Of a stretch of DNA of 64,000 nt, positions 10,494 through 20,252 are shown one piece after another; positions within the stretch are counted from its first letter, which is position 1, and every line of letters starts with the position of its first letter. The stretch covers positions 1,248,001 to 1,312,000 of the forward strand of contig CAWBWI010000003.1 in assembly GCA_963792585.1 (NCBI GenBank). Direction: 5' to 3'. This DNA is from Candidatus Eiseniibacteriota bacterium. Lineage in GTDB: Bacteria; Eisenbacteria; RBG-16-71-46; CAIMUX01; VGJL01. The translations under genes and the position numbers were made by a program. The notes under the pieces are model-generated. The model was not told the DNA's origin and made no database searches. It saw only the letters and a list, made by a program, of their open reading frames with translations.

Positions 10494-10934
10494 CTACTTG
10501 GTCTTGGCAATCTCGCGGACGGTGGCGTCTACCGATGCCGTGGCGATGAAGGCGATTGCCGCCGGGTTGGCGGCGAGCGCCTTCTTGACTTCGTCGTCGT
10601 TGGCGCACTTCATCGGCGCCGAGGCCTGACCGGAAAGGATCAGCTTCGTCCACTCCTTCCGGACTTGCGCGACGGAGACGCCGACGAACTTCTCATAGAA
10701 AGTCTTCGCCACCTCGGCATCCGGCTGATCGATCACCTGCACCTTGTTTCCATCAGGCCACATCAGCTTGACGCCGACGAAGTAGCTCTTCGCCTCCGCC
10801 TCGGTGGGCGTGTACTTCGACGCCTTCGAGACGACAACGCTGACCTGTGCGTGGGCCAACGCGCTCGAGAGGAGCACGAGGGCGACGGCCAGGAGCAGCG
10901 CTCTCCGGTTGAAAATGCTTCGCACCTTACGCAC
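10494..10934 (-). CDS. Small periplasmic protein resembling a single lobe of the phosphate-ABC substrate-binding (PBP2-like) fold
   Basis: AGGAGG RBS before GTG at 10934; signal peptide; VSVVVSK...YFVG...W.DG..V..IDQ...F....VG.S......W...ILSG....P......EV...LAANPAAIAFI pattern. Confidence 0.75.
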   Translation of the reverse strand: MRKVRSIFNRRALLLAVALVLLSSALAHAQVSVVVSKASKYTPTEAEAKSYFVGVKLMWPDGNKVQVIDQPDAEVAKTFYEKFVGVSVAQVRKEWTKLILSGQASAPMKCANDDEVKKALAANPAAIAFIATASVDATVREIAKTK

Positions 10935-11015
10935 GACTGTACCTCCTGCAGGTTTGCGGTGAGGGCGGGCGGATCCACGAGGGCCCTTCTTCACCGTACA
11001 TACCGGGTGACCCAT

Positions 11016-12248
11016 CTAGAAAATGTACGAGACGTCGAAGCGGAGTTCAGGATAGGTGACATTCCGCCCGCCGAGCTCGTACCGATGTTGACTTCCATCG
11101 AGCTTGACCGCGACCTGGGGGAGCGGACGGTACAAGACGCCCAGCGTCCATTTGACGAACTTCCCGTCGTCGGACACGCCGGCCTCGTTGTCGCCCCCGT
11201 AGGTCTTCTTGCCGACGGTTTCGGGGTTGCTATAGAAGTCGTACTGCATGTAGGGACCGAACTCCCCGACCCCGGACTCGATCGAGTAGCCTGCGCGGAG
11301 GTAGTACGTGTTGATGTTGTAGTCCCCGTTCGGATCGATGTTGTCGACCTTGGCCGGCTCCGCGGGCGTCGTCATGAAGCGACTCCGCTGGTTCGTATTC
11401 GGCTTCGCGCCGGTGATCATCTCGACGGTCTTCTCCGGATCACGGGTGGCACTGTGGTCCGCGTGCCAGAATTCCGACTGGACCATCACGCCCTTCAGGT
11501 TGAGTTCCGCGCAGCCACCCAGGACCCAGAACTTGTCTTCCGACATCCATGGGAGCACGCCGCTCTTGGGCGATCCTTCGCCGACGCCGACGTCGGAGTT
11601 GGCCGGCCCGAAGCTGCTGTATCCGGAGGTTCCGAATGTCAGGATGCCCGTCCCCGTCTTGTATCTGAGGTCGTACGCCATCGGGAAGGCATTCTTGAAT
11701 GGGTCTCCCTCGCCGTTGTCGGTGCTCAGGCTGTAGGAGAGAAGGCCGGACTGAACGTCGGCGGAGCCATGCATCATCAGGGTGGTCGTGCGTGAGACGA
11801 TCAGGTGATCCGAGTCGAAGAGCTCCGGAGGCTCAATGCCGTAGTAGCTTGGCACCGCGTCCAGGAGTTCGTTGTAGAGGCCGAACTTCCTGTAGACTTT
11901 GCCGAGGCGGAAGTTTGCGTACCGCGACGCGGAGAACTCGCCCCAGAAATTGCGCACGTCGAGCGCGTCACCACTCGAGCCGTTCAGATTGAGGAAGGCC
12001 TTGAAGCGCTTGTCGATCTGATGCTGCATCATCACGTTCAAGCTGGGGTTGGTCCATTCCCCGACGGATGTCTCCTTGACGATCTGGTCGCCATCCAGGC
12101 TTGGCTCGCTGAACGTCTTCTCGAAGCGCGTGGCGAAGTACCCGTAGATATTCACCCGATCATTGAAGCCCTGTGCCTCTACGGTGCCGGCGACGATGAT
12201 CGCCGTGAGCACGGTGAGAATCGGCACTAGGCAGATACGACGGTTCAT
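11016..12248 (-). CDS. Putative outer-membrane beta-barrel (porin-like) protein
   Basis: Signal peptide MNRRICLVPILTVLTAIIVAGTVEA; amphipathic strands (FRLGKVYRKFGLYNE, YYLRAGYSI, WTLGVLYRP..QVAVKLD); C-terminal BamA-type signal FDVSYIF. Confidence 0.8.
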   Translation of the reverse strand: MNRRICLVPILTVLTAIIVAGTVEAQGFNDRVNIYGYFATRFEKTFSEPSLDGDQIVKETSVGEWTNPSLNVMMQHQIDKRFKAFLNLNGSSGDALDVRNFWGEFSASRYANFRLGKVYRKFGLYNELLDAVPSYYGIEPPELFDSDHLIVSRTTTLMMHGSADVQSGLLSYSLSTDNGEGDPFKNAFPMAYDLRYKTGTGILTFGTSGYSSFGPANSDVGVGEGSPKSGVLPWMSEDKFWVLGGCAELNLKGVMVQSEFWHADHSATRDPEKTVEMITGAKPNTNQRSRFMTTPAEPAKVDNIDPNGDYNINTYYLRAGYSIESGVGEFGPYMQYDFYSNPETVGKKTYGGDNEAGVSDDGKFVKWTLGVLYRPLPQVAVKLDGSQHRYELGGRNVTYPELRFDVSYIF

Positions 12249-12486
12249 TGCTCTCGTCCCTCCCCCTGTGTGTGTGGCTCGGTTCCCCGCACAGGCGCCG
12301 TTCACACGCCCGACGAGCACCCGGCCGCCGTCTCCACGTTTCGATGCAGGGCGCCGACGCCGCGTCTCAGCGGAGCATCGTTTCGCCCCTTCCGGTCCGC
12401 GATCGTTTCGATCGCGGAGAGTGGAGAGCGGCTCCTTGGCAACCATGGGCTCAGGCGCATCGCGCCACCCTGAGCGCCAATCATTG

Positions 12487-12514
12487 GTATCGGAATAGGG
12501 CGGCCCGGCCTTGA
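12487..12514 (-). promoter_or_regulatory. Putative sigma28 (FliA) promoter for the porin-PBP-MCP operon
   Basis: Minus strand TCAA-N16-TCCGATAC versus consensus TAAA-N15/16-GCCGATAA. Confidence 0.5.
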
Positions 12515-12600
12515 GATCTGGAAGGAATGGTCGCGAAGGTAGGAACCGGGCGGGGAAGATCTGGCGCGGACCCGATCGCGTCGGTTACGACGGATTGACG

Positions 12601-13008
12601 CTAGGCGGCCTTGCTCTGCTGGATGTAGTGGGCGTACTTCCGATCCGTGCCCTGGATGTGCTTGGAAAGCCAGTTGCGTAGAAAGACGGATGTCGAGATG
12701 CCGACGCCCAGCCGGTTGCTCCGGCGCCCTTGACGGAGCAGCAGCACCTGGTTGACGAACTCCTCATGTCTTTCCCGGTGCTCCTCCTGGTCCGGGCAAC
12801 CGTGCATCGCCATAAGGGCTTCCTCGGCGGTGAAGTGCGTCTTCGTATACTGGATCAGCGCCTCCAGGACGGTCCCGACCTGCTGATCGCCTCGGCCCAC
12901 CTTCATCGCTTCGTGCAGTTCATTGATGAGGTCCACCAGACGACGATGCTGATTGTCCATGGACTCGACACCGATCTCGAATTCCTTTCCCCACTCCATC
13001 AGAGGCAT
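12601..13008 (-). CDS. Bacteriohemerythrin (single-domain)
   Basis: W...FEIGVESMDNQHRRLVDLINELH, YTKTHFTAEEALM, H..RHEEF, WLSKHIQGTDRKY: the di-iron ligand pattern. Confidence 0.95.
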   Translation of the reverse strand: MPLMEWGKEFEIGVESMDNQHRRLVDLINELHEAMKVGRGDQQVGTVLEALIQYTKTHFTAEEALMAMHGCPDQEEHRERHEEFVNQVLLLRQGRRSNRLGVGISTSVFLRNWLSKHIQGTDRKYAHYIQQSKAA

Positions 13009-13128
13009 CCGGAGTTCCTCCCTGTGTTGATGGTTCGAAGAGCCCGGGGGATCGCCACGGGGCGTGGCGGGCCCTTGGCCCTGGGGACCCCGACCATCAG
13101 GGCCGCCGAGACATAGATGACATCCCTA

Positions 13129-13156
13129 CTATCGTCCCGGACCCGGGCGATGTTGA
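13129..13156 (-). promoter_or_regulatory. Putative sigma28 promoter for hemerythrin
   Basis: Minus strand TCAA-N16-GACGATAG. Confidence 0.45.
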
Positions 13157-13271
13157 TCCCGGAAACGTTCACCGCAGACGGCGCCATCTGACGTGGGAGT
13201 TCTCTGCAAGCACCTACCCCCGGCCGTGTCAACCGGAGGTCCGGCATTCGACTCACGGATCCTATCCAAGC

Positions 13272-13299
13272 TAAATGAGCCCCCTGGAACAGCCGAAGA
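13272..13299 (+). promoter_or_regulatory. Putative sigma28 promoter for the che operon
   Basis: TAAA-N16-GCCGAAGA about 100 nt upstream of the cheA ATG. Confidence 0.5.
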
Positions 13300-13402
13300 G
13301 GGACGAGGGACTCATCGGGTGCGCTCCCGGCGGTTCGGAAGGCGAGCTCCGGGTGGTGGGCCGTCGGGATGCAATTCCCCGATGAAAGCAGAGGGAGATC
13401 GG

Positions 13403-15910
13403 ATGGCAAAGCAGTCGGAAGCGAGAAGCCTTCTCCTGGAGTTGCTCAGACTCGAAGAAGCGGTGCTTGGTCGGTTGCTCGAGCAAAGGGGGGCGGGCTG
13501 GGCCGCGCAGCTGCCTCGCGCCATCGAGGGGCTCCGCGCGGTTCGCGGGCTTCTTGGGGGCAAGATGCAGCCTGCCGCGCAGGCTGCTGCCGTCGCAATG
13601 TGCGAAGTGCTCCATCAGGGTGACCCCTGCGACGACTCGCGGGATGAACCGACGGCGCTCCCTTGCGGGGGAGCAACGGTCCCTCTCCAGGAGACACTTC
13701 ATGAGGTCGCGATCCGTATGGTCCGGTCGGAGCCGGAAGACCCTGTGGCCATGGGAGAGCTGGTGAATCTCCTCGCCTCCGCTCGGGACGCGTTTGGATT
13801 GTCGGTCCACGTGCGCGATGATCTCGACGCACTGGTGACGAAGCTCTCGGCTCTCGCCTACGGGGCTTCGACGACGCCGCAAGATGACTTCTCCGAGGCG
13901 ACGCGGCTCATGGACCGCCTCACCACGCTCACAGCGGAGGAATCGGCCACGGAGGCCCCCGGGAACGGGCAGCCCGCCGGCGAGCCTGCGTCGAAGGAGC
14001 CGTCGATCCACAGGAGCGAGGCTGAGATCGCCCCGGCGGCATCGAGCAGCGAAGCAAGTGCGCCCTCGCCCGAGTCGGCGGCTTGGATCCTGACCGAGGA
14101 TATGGACGCCGCGCTGGTCGCCGATTTCGTCATGGAATGCAGCGAGTATACCCAGGGCGCGGAGGCGGCCCTCCTGGAGCTCGAGGGCGATCCGGAGCAC
14201 ACCGAGGCGATCAACACCGTCTTCCGTGCGTTCCACACTATCAAGGGTACATCCGGATTCCTTGGGATCGATCTTCTGAGCGAACTGGCCCACAAGGCGG
14301 AAAACCTGCTGAGCCGAATGCGGGACAAGCAGATCCGCTGCGTCGGTGGATATGCGGACCTGGCGCTTCGGGCGAATGACGGCGTCAAGGCGCTGATCGA
14401 CGGGGTCCGCCAGGCTCTGGGGGGGAGCGCCCTCGTGAAGCCCGCCGGCTACGACGACCTGATCAGGATCCTCGAAAACCCGGAGGCCTCCGGCATCAAC
14501 GAGAACGCGAGTGAGGCCCCGGCCTGCGGAGTCGGCGACGAGTTCGAGGAGGGGGATCTCGCGGAAACGGAGTGCGCAGACGCGGCAGAGGCCGCCGAGC
14601 CCGCTCGCGATTCCGGGGCGACCGCGGATCGAAAAGCGAATGCCGGGACACTGCGAGTAGCTCAGGTCATGCAGGGACAGAATGCCGCTTCCCGCGGCGG
14701 TTCCGACGACTCGTCGGTGCGGGTGCGGACCGACCGCCTGGATCGGTTGATCGACATGGTCGGGGAACTGGTCATCGCCCATTCCATGGTGTCCGAGGAT
14801 GGAGACTTGACCGGGGGGAGCAACCCGGACCTGGTCCGAAAAGTGGCGCACAGCAGCAAGATCGTGCGCGAACTGCAGGATCTCAGCATGTCGATGCGCA
14901 TGGTGCCGTTGAAGGCGACCTTCCTGAAAATGGCTCGACTCATCCGCGATCTGACCCACAAGAGCGATCGCCAGGTGATCCTCCACACAAGCGGAGAGGA
15001 GACGGAGATCGACCGGAACATGGTCGACATCCTGGCGGATCCGTTGATTCACATGATCCGCAACGCAGTGGATCACGGGATCGAACCGCCCGATGTGAGG
15101 GTGCGCGCCGGCAAGGATCGGATTGGAATCGTCACGCTCTCGGCCTACCACGCAGGCGGCAACGTCGTCGTGGAACTCCGTGACGACGGCCGCGGACTCG
15201 ATCGCGAGAGAATCGCTCAGAAGGCGATCGAACGTGGGCTGATCGAGAGCGACAAGGGCATGTCGGACAGCGACGTCTTCAGTCTGATCTTCGAGGCGGG
15301 TTTCTCGACCGCCGACAAGATCACGGAGGTTTCCGGCCGCGGCGTGGGAATGGACGTCGTGCGTCGCGCGGTTCAGTCCCTCCGGGGCCGCATCGAAATC
15401 CAGTCCGAGTTGGGTCGCGGAACGACCTTTGTCATCAAACTGCCCCTCACCCTTGCCGTGACCGACGGCATGTTGATTCGGGTCGGGAAGCAGCGATTCA
15501 TTCTGCCGACGGCTTCGATCCAGATGAGCTTCCGGCCTGACGCCGCCGCGGTGAAGACCGTTCTGGGCCGTGGGGAGCTGGTCATGCTGCGAAGTGACTT
15601 GATCCCCATCGTCCGGTTGCATCAGGTCTTCAGCATCCCCGGGGCGATCGAGTCGCCCACGGAAGCTCTGTTCGTCATCATTGCGGACGGCGAGCGCCAG
15701 TCCGCCGTTCTTGTCGATGAGATCCTCGGCCAGCAGCAGGTCGTGGCGAAGTCCCTGGGCGAGGGCACCGGAAAGGTCGCGGGGGTCGCCGGTGGGGCGA
15801 TCCTGGGAGACGGCAGGGTCGGGTTGATTCTCGATCCGTCGGGTCTGATCGGTTTGGCGCGGGGTGGGTCCAACTGGGAACACCGCGCGGTTCTCGAAGC
15901 GGTCGCTTGA
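13403..15910 (+). CDS. cheA: Chemotaxis histidine kinase CheA
   Basis: Hpt FRAFHTIKG; SVRVRTDRLDRLIDMVGELVI; HMIRNAVDHGIE, DDGRGLD, GFSTA...SGRGVGMDVV; C-terminal CheW-like domain. Start at ATG 13403 after GAGGGAG. Confidence 0.97.
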   Translation: MAKQSEARSLLLELLRLEEAVLGRLLEQRGAGWAAQLPRAIEGLRAVRGLLGGKMQPAAQAAAVAMCEVLHQGDPCDDSRDEPTALPCGGATVPLQETLHEVAIRMVRSEPEDPVAMGELVNLLASARDAFGLSVHVRDDLDALVTKLSALAYGASTTPQDDFSEATRLMDRLTTLTAEESATEAPGNGQPAGEPASKEPSIHRSEAEIAPAASSSEASAPSPESAAWILTEDMDAALVADFVMECSEYTQGAEAALLELEGDPEHTEAINTVFRAFHTIKGTSGFLGIDLLSELAHKAENLLSRMRDKQIRCVGGYADLALRANDGVKALIDGVRQALGGSALVKPAGYDDLIRILENPEASGINENASEAPACGVGDEFEEGDLAETECADAAEAAEPARDSGATADRKANAGTLRVAQVMQGQNAASRGGSDDSSVRVRTDRLDRLIDMVGELVIAHSMVSEDGDLTGGSNPDLVRKVAHSSKIVRELQDLSMSMRMVPLKATFLKMARLIRDLTHKSDRQVILHTSGEETEIDRNMVDILADPLIHMIRNAVDHGIEPPDVRVRAGKDRIGIVTLSAYHAGGNVVVELRDDGRGLDRERIAQKAIERGLIESDKGMSDSDVFSLIFEAGFSTADKITEVSGRGVGMDVVRRAVQSLRGRIEIQSELGRGTTFVIKLPLTLAVTDGMLIRVGKQRFILPTASIQMSFRPDAAAVKTVLGRGELVMLRSDLIPIVRLHQVFSIPGAIESPTEALFVIIADGERQSAVLVDEILGQQQVVAKSLGEGTGKVAGVAGGAILGDGRVGLILDPSGLIGLARGGSNWEHRAVLEAVA

Positions 15911-15921
15911 GGAGGCAATCA

Positions 15922-16413
15922 ATGGCTCTGAAAGAGGGCGGTAACGATCGGGGAGGCAAGTACCTCACCTTCTACTTGGCGGGTGAGGAGTACGGCCTGG
16001 AGATTCTGAAAGTCCAGGAGATCATCGGAATGATGGACGTGACCCCGGTGCCGGGTTCCCCCGAGCATGTCCGCGGCGTCATCAATCTCCGGGGGAAAGT
16101 CATCCCCGTGGTCGATCTTCGACGGCGCTTCGGAATGGAGACGGCGGAGACTACGTCGGAGACGTGCATCATCGTCGTGCAGACGAACCGGATCCAGACC
16201 GGCATCGTTGTGGATCAGGTGTCGGAAGTCTCGAACATCAGTTCGGGCGACGTCGAGGATGCCCCGACCTTCGGCGCGGGGGTCGAGACCGACTACATCC
16301 TGGGAATCGGCAAGGCGGAGGGTCGCGTCAGGTTGCTGCTCGACATCGATCGCGTCCTGGCTTGCACATCATCCGAGGAGAGCGGTGCGCTGCGTCACGA
16401 GGAGGCGGCCTAG
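15922..16413 (+). CDS. cheW: Chemotaxis coupling protein CheW
   Basis: KYLTFYLAGEEYGLEILKVQEII, GVINLRGKVIPVVDLRRRFG. Confidence 0.97.
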   Translation: MALKEGGNDRGGKYLTFYLAGEEYGLEILKVQEIIGMMDVTPVPGSPEHVRGVINLRGKVIPVVDLRRRFGMETAETTSETCIIVVQTNRIQTGIVVDQVSEVSNISSGDVEDAPTFGAGVETDYILGIGKAEGRVRLLLDIDRVLACTSSEESGALRHEEAA

Positions 16414-16460
16414 TCAAATGACGCGGGCGCGGGGTCCTGCGCCGTGTCAGGGGGGATCGA

Positions 16461-18656
16461 ATGAGCGGACTGAAGGATGTCGGGATCGGGAAGAAGTTGG
16501 TCGGCGGTTTCCTCGTGGGCTCCATGATCTGCGCGATCGTCGGGGTGGTCGGATTCCTGGGCATGGGTCAGATGATGAACGGATTCGATCAGGTGACGAC
16601 CAATCGCATGCCCAGCGTGGACGCCCTGCTGACAATCAGCGACGCCATCAATGCGGTGATGGTTGGAGAACGCGGGCTCATCAACAGCCGCTTGTTGGAT
16701 CCTCAGATGCGCCAGGCCCAGTATGCATACATCGACAAGGCATGGGCGGGCGCCGACAAGGCATGGAGGATCTATGAGCCTCTCCCGCAAACGCGGGAGG
16801 AAGCCAGGGTCTGGAGCGAATTCGTTCCGCTCTGGAACAACTGGAAGTCCGGGCACGAGCAGGTACGCCGCCTCTGCGAGAGGAAAGACCAGCTGATGGC
16901 CGCGGGGATGGACGCCGACGGCTCCGCGATCACCGCGCTCGACCGGGAGACCTTTCAGACGTTTCTCGATGCGCGGGCGAACTTCCTCGTCGCCAATGAG
17001 AAGTTGGTCCGGCTCGTCGAAATCAATCGGGAAGTGGCGCAAGCCGAAGGATTGGCTGCGGATCGTACCCAACGCCGGGCCCAGACCGCTCTGGTGATCT
17101 TCACCTTGATCGGGGCCGCCATATCGCTCTTCATGGGCTACTATCTCTCCCGCGGCATCACGGGTCCGCTGGCCCGCGGGGTGGAGATGATGCAGGAACT
17201 CGGCCGCGGCCGCCTGGGACGGCGCCTGCAGCTTTCCCGCCGCGATGAGATCGGCGTGTTGGCCGATACCATGGACTCGTTCGCGGATGACCTGCAGAAC
17301 CAGGTAATCGGCAGCATGAAGCGGATCGCCGCCGGCGATCTGAGCGTCGAACCGACCCCGAAGGATTCGAAGGACGAGATCACGCCCGCCCTGCAGGCCA
17401 CCATTCACACCCTGCGGAATCTCATCACGGAGTCGGTCACGCTCTCCCGCGCCGCCGTCGAGGGAAAGCTCTCCACCCGTGGCGATGCCGGCAAGTTCCA
17501 GGGCGGATATCGCGAAATCCTCGATGGGGTCAACCAGACGCTCGACTCGGTGATTCAACCGCTGCAGGAGGCCGGCTCCGTGCTGGAGCGTGTGGCGAAC
17601 CGTGACCTTTCGGCGCGCATGACCGGCGAGTATCGAGGAGACGTTGCCAAGTTCAAGGCGTCGCTGAACCTTGCGGTCGCGAATCTCGACGACAGCATGC
17701 AGCAGGTCGCGATGGCCGTGGAGCAGGTGGCGGCCGCCGCGGGCCAGATCGGGGTCGGGAGCCAGTCCCTGGCTCAGGGCGCGAGCGAGCAAGCCAGCTC
17801 GCTGGAGGAGGTCAGCAGCTCCCTGCAGGAGATCAACTCCATGACGCAGGGTAACGCGGCCAATGCCAAGGAGGCGCGGGGCCTATCGGAAGGGGCGCGG
17901 CAGAGCGCCAGCCGGGGTCTCGAGGGGATGCAGCGCATGAGCGAGGCCATGGAGAAGATCAAGGTCTCCTCCGACTCGACAGCGAAGATCCTCAAGACGA
18001 TCGATGAAATCGCCTTCCAGACCAACCTCCTCGCGTTGAACGCGGCAGTCGAAGCGGCTCGCGCCGGGGATGCCGGCAAGGGCTTTGCGGTCGTGGCCGA
18101 AGAGGTTCGCAACCTGGCCATGCGTAGCGCGGAGGCGGCCAAGAACACGGCCAATCTGATCGAGGAATCGGTTCAGAATGCCGAGGGTGGGGTGGCGCTC
18201 AACCGCGAGGTCTTGACTCAGCTCGAGGAGATTGCCAACCAAGCCAACAAGGTGACCGAGGTCATGCGCGAAATCGCGCTCTCCTCCGAGCAGGAGCAGA
18301 TGGGGATTGCGCAGATCACGACCGCGGTGGACCAGATGAACCAGGTGACGCAACAGAACGCGGCAGGTTCCCAGGAGTCCGCCTCCGCCGGCGAGGAGCT
18401 TACGGCTCAGGCCCAGGAGTTGCGCTCGCTCGTAAGTCAGTTCCGCGTCACCCATGCCGTAACCTCCACGCACAACGTCGCGAAGAGCAGCACCATGCGC
18501 GCCACAGGCACGGACGGTCGACAGACGCAGGGCAGTCCGGCGGGCGGTCCGCGACCCAAGCTGGGGCTCGTCCGCGGGAGCAAGCCCTCGGCTTCGGATC
18601 TCGAGAAGCTCATTCCCATGGATGGCGGCGACGAGGATGCGTTGAGGCGCTTCTGA
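16461..18656 (+). CDS. Methyl-accepting chemotaxis protein (four-helix-bundle sensor, multiple HAMPs, C-terminal docking tail)
   Basis: Two TMs; [21 protein letters not shown]-terminal [15 protein letters not shown] resembling a CheR/CheB-docking pentapeptide. Confidence 0.96.
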   Translation: MSGLKDVGIGKKLVGGFLVGSMICAIVGVVGFLGMGQMMNGFDQVTTNRMPSVDALLTISDAINAVMVGERGLINSRLLDPQMRQAQYAYIDKAWAGADKAWRIYEPLPQTREEARVWSEFVPLWNNWKSGHEQVRRLCERKDQLMAAGMDADGSAITALDRETFQTFLDARANFLVANEKLVRLVEINREVAQAEGLAADRTQRRAQTALVIFTLIGAAISLFMGYYLSRGITGPLARGVEMMQELGRGRLGRRLQLSRRDEIGVLADTMDSFADDLQNQVIGSMKRIAAGDLSVEPTPKDSKDEITPALQATIHTLRNLITESVTLSRAAVEGKLSTRGDAGKFQGGYREILDGVNQTLDSVIQPLQEAGSVLERVANRDLSARMTGEYRGDVAKFKASLNLAVANLDDSMQQVAMAVEQVAAAAGQIGVGSQSLAQGASEQASSLEEVSSSLQEINSMTQGNAANAKEARGLSEGARQSASRGLEGMQRMSEAMEKIKVSSDSTAKILKTIDEIAFQTNLLALNAAVEAARAGDAGKGFAVVAEEVRNLAMRSAEAAKNTANLIEESVQNAEGGVALNREVLTQLEEIANQANKVTEVMREIALSSEQEQMGIAQITTAVDQMNQVTQQNAAGSQESASAGEELTAQAQELRSLVSQFRVTHAVTSTHNVAKSSTMRATGTDGRQTQGSPAGGPRPKLGLVRGSKPSASDLEKLIPMDGGDEDALRRF

Positions 18657-18838
18657 TGTGGAGTGGACTCAGGGGCCCGGAGAAGTCCGGCGCCCCTGGG
18701 CCCGGGCCTCTGATCGAGTTGAGGCATTGGCGTGGTTTCCCGGATCAGGAGGGAGTGCGGCCCGTGATCAGTTGCTTTCGGCACTCGAATCGAAGTCGCC
18801 TGCGGAGAGGCGCCTAAGTCCTGCGGGCGGCGGAAGCC

Positions 18839-19723
18839 ATGATGGACCCGGCGGTCAAGCCACCTTCGTCTCCGTTCCCGGACTTCGCTCCGGCGGAGGC
18901 CGGATCCGTCCCGCTCAGCGCATCGCAGTTCACACGAATCACCGACATCCTCCATCGCCTCACCGGCATCGATCTGAAACCCGGCAAGGAACAGCTGGTC
19001 AAAGCGCGACTCTGGAAGCGCATTCGCGCCCAGGGCCTGCAAGGATACGAGGAGTACCTGGCACTCCTGGAAGGTCCCAATGGCGCCGAGGAACTGATCC
19101 GAATGGTCGAATCCTTGACGACCCATGAGACCTACTTCTTCAGGGAGTCCAAGCATTACGAGTACCTCTGCACCAGATTGCAGGGCTGGTTCTCCACCCA
19201 CGACTCTCTCCGTATCTGGAGCGCGGGCTGCTCGACCGGGGAGGAGCCCTATTCGATCGCGATGATCCTCTCCGAGACGCTCCCGGGCGCCTCCCAGAAG
19301 AACGTCAAGATCCTAGCTACCGATATCTCCGGCAGGGTCGTGCGTGCGGCCCGCGAGGGGCACTACGGCGAGAAGGACGTGAGCGACGTTCCTCGGGCTC
19401 TTCTCCAACGCTACTTCGTCGTCGATCCGGCGGACCCGTCCGAACCGTACCGCGTGAAGCCCGAAATCGCCTCCATGGTGACGTTCGCAAAGCTCAACCT
19501 GATGGGACCGTGGCCCATGCAGGGACCCTTCCACTTCATCTTCTGCCGAAACGTCATGATCTACTTCGACCATGCGACGCAAACCGAACTGGTCGGTAGA
19601 CTCACCGGGCTGCTCGCCCCCGGCGGCGCGCTCTTCGTGGGGCATTCCGAGAGTCTCCGCAGTGGAATCGAGGGGCTCCGGTTCGTTCTCCCGGCGATCT
19701 ACGAAAGACAAACCGGATGTTGA
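18839..19723 (+). CDS. cheR: Chemotaxis protein-glutamate methyltransferase CheR
   Basis: TTHETYFFRE, IWSAGCSTGEEPYS, ILATDIS, IFCRNVMIYF. Confidence 0.97.
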   Translation: MMDPAVKPPSSPFPDFAPAEAGSVPLSASQFTRITDILHRLTGIDLKPGKEQLVKARLWKRIRAQGLQGYEEYLALLEGPNGAEELIRMVESLTTHETYFFRESKHYEYLCTRLQGWFSTHDSLRIWSAGCSTGEEPYSIAMILSETLPGASQKNVKILATDISGRVVRAAREGHYGEKDVSDVPRALLQRYFVVDPADPSEPYRVKPEIASMVTFAKLNLMGPWPMQGPFHFIFCRNVMIYFDHATQTELVGRLTGLLAPGGALFVGHSESLRSGIEGLRFVLPAIYERQTGC

Positions 19724-19739
19724 TATCGAGGGGTCAGGC

Positions 19740-20252
19740 TTGAACGTCACGGTTGGAATGGCGGAATTCAAGGTGCTGCATGCGCGTGAGGATACCCTTA
19801 TCACGCACGCACTCGGGAGCTGCCTGGGCATCACGGTCTTCGACCCGGTTCTGGGCGTTGGGGGTCTTCTCCATGCCATGCTGCCCGACTCCACGATCGA
19901 TCCGAGGAAGGCGCGTGACAACCCGGCGATGTTCATCGATACCGGCGTTCCTCTGCTCTTCCGAGAGTGCTATGCCCTGGGGGCGCAGAAACAGAGGATG
20001 ATTCTCAAGGTTGCGGGAGGCGCGACCTCCCGAGCCCACCCTCAGGATGACTATTTCCGGATCGGCGAGCGAAACTTCATCGCGCTGCGCAAACTTCTCT
20101 GGAAGAACAACGTTCTCATCGACGCTCACGACGTCGGGGGGACCGAATCGAGAACCATGCTCTTCTCCCTTTGGAACGGGGAAGTCCAGATCCGCAAGAA
20201 TGGGGCCTTGACTGCGCTCTGCCGCGGCGGGGAGGTCTCACCATGTCCCTGA
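19740..20252 (+). CDS. cheD: Chemoreceptor glutamine deamidase CheD
   Basis: VGMAEFKV, LGSCLGI, LLHAMLP, KVAGGA, IGERN, DVGG. TTG start inferred. Confidence 0.93.
   Translation: MNVTVGMAEFKVLHAREDTLITHALGSCLGITVFDPVLGVGGLLHAMLPDSTIDPRKARDNPAMFIDTGVPLLFRECYALGAQKQRMILKVAGGATSRAHPQDDYFRIGERNFIALRKLLWKNNVLIDAHDVGGTESRTMLFSLWNGEVQIRKNGALTALCRGGEVSPCP

Noticed and set aside
13271..15922. 883-aa minus-strand ORF, and similar long antisense ORFs (2410-4185, 4201-5757, 10356-11795, 37120-38841, 51064-52815, 52963-54876, 57550-59127, 60134-61735)
   Set aside because: Shadow ORFs opposite well-supported genes, expected in high-GC DNA with few stop codons.
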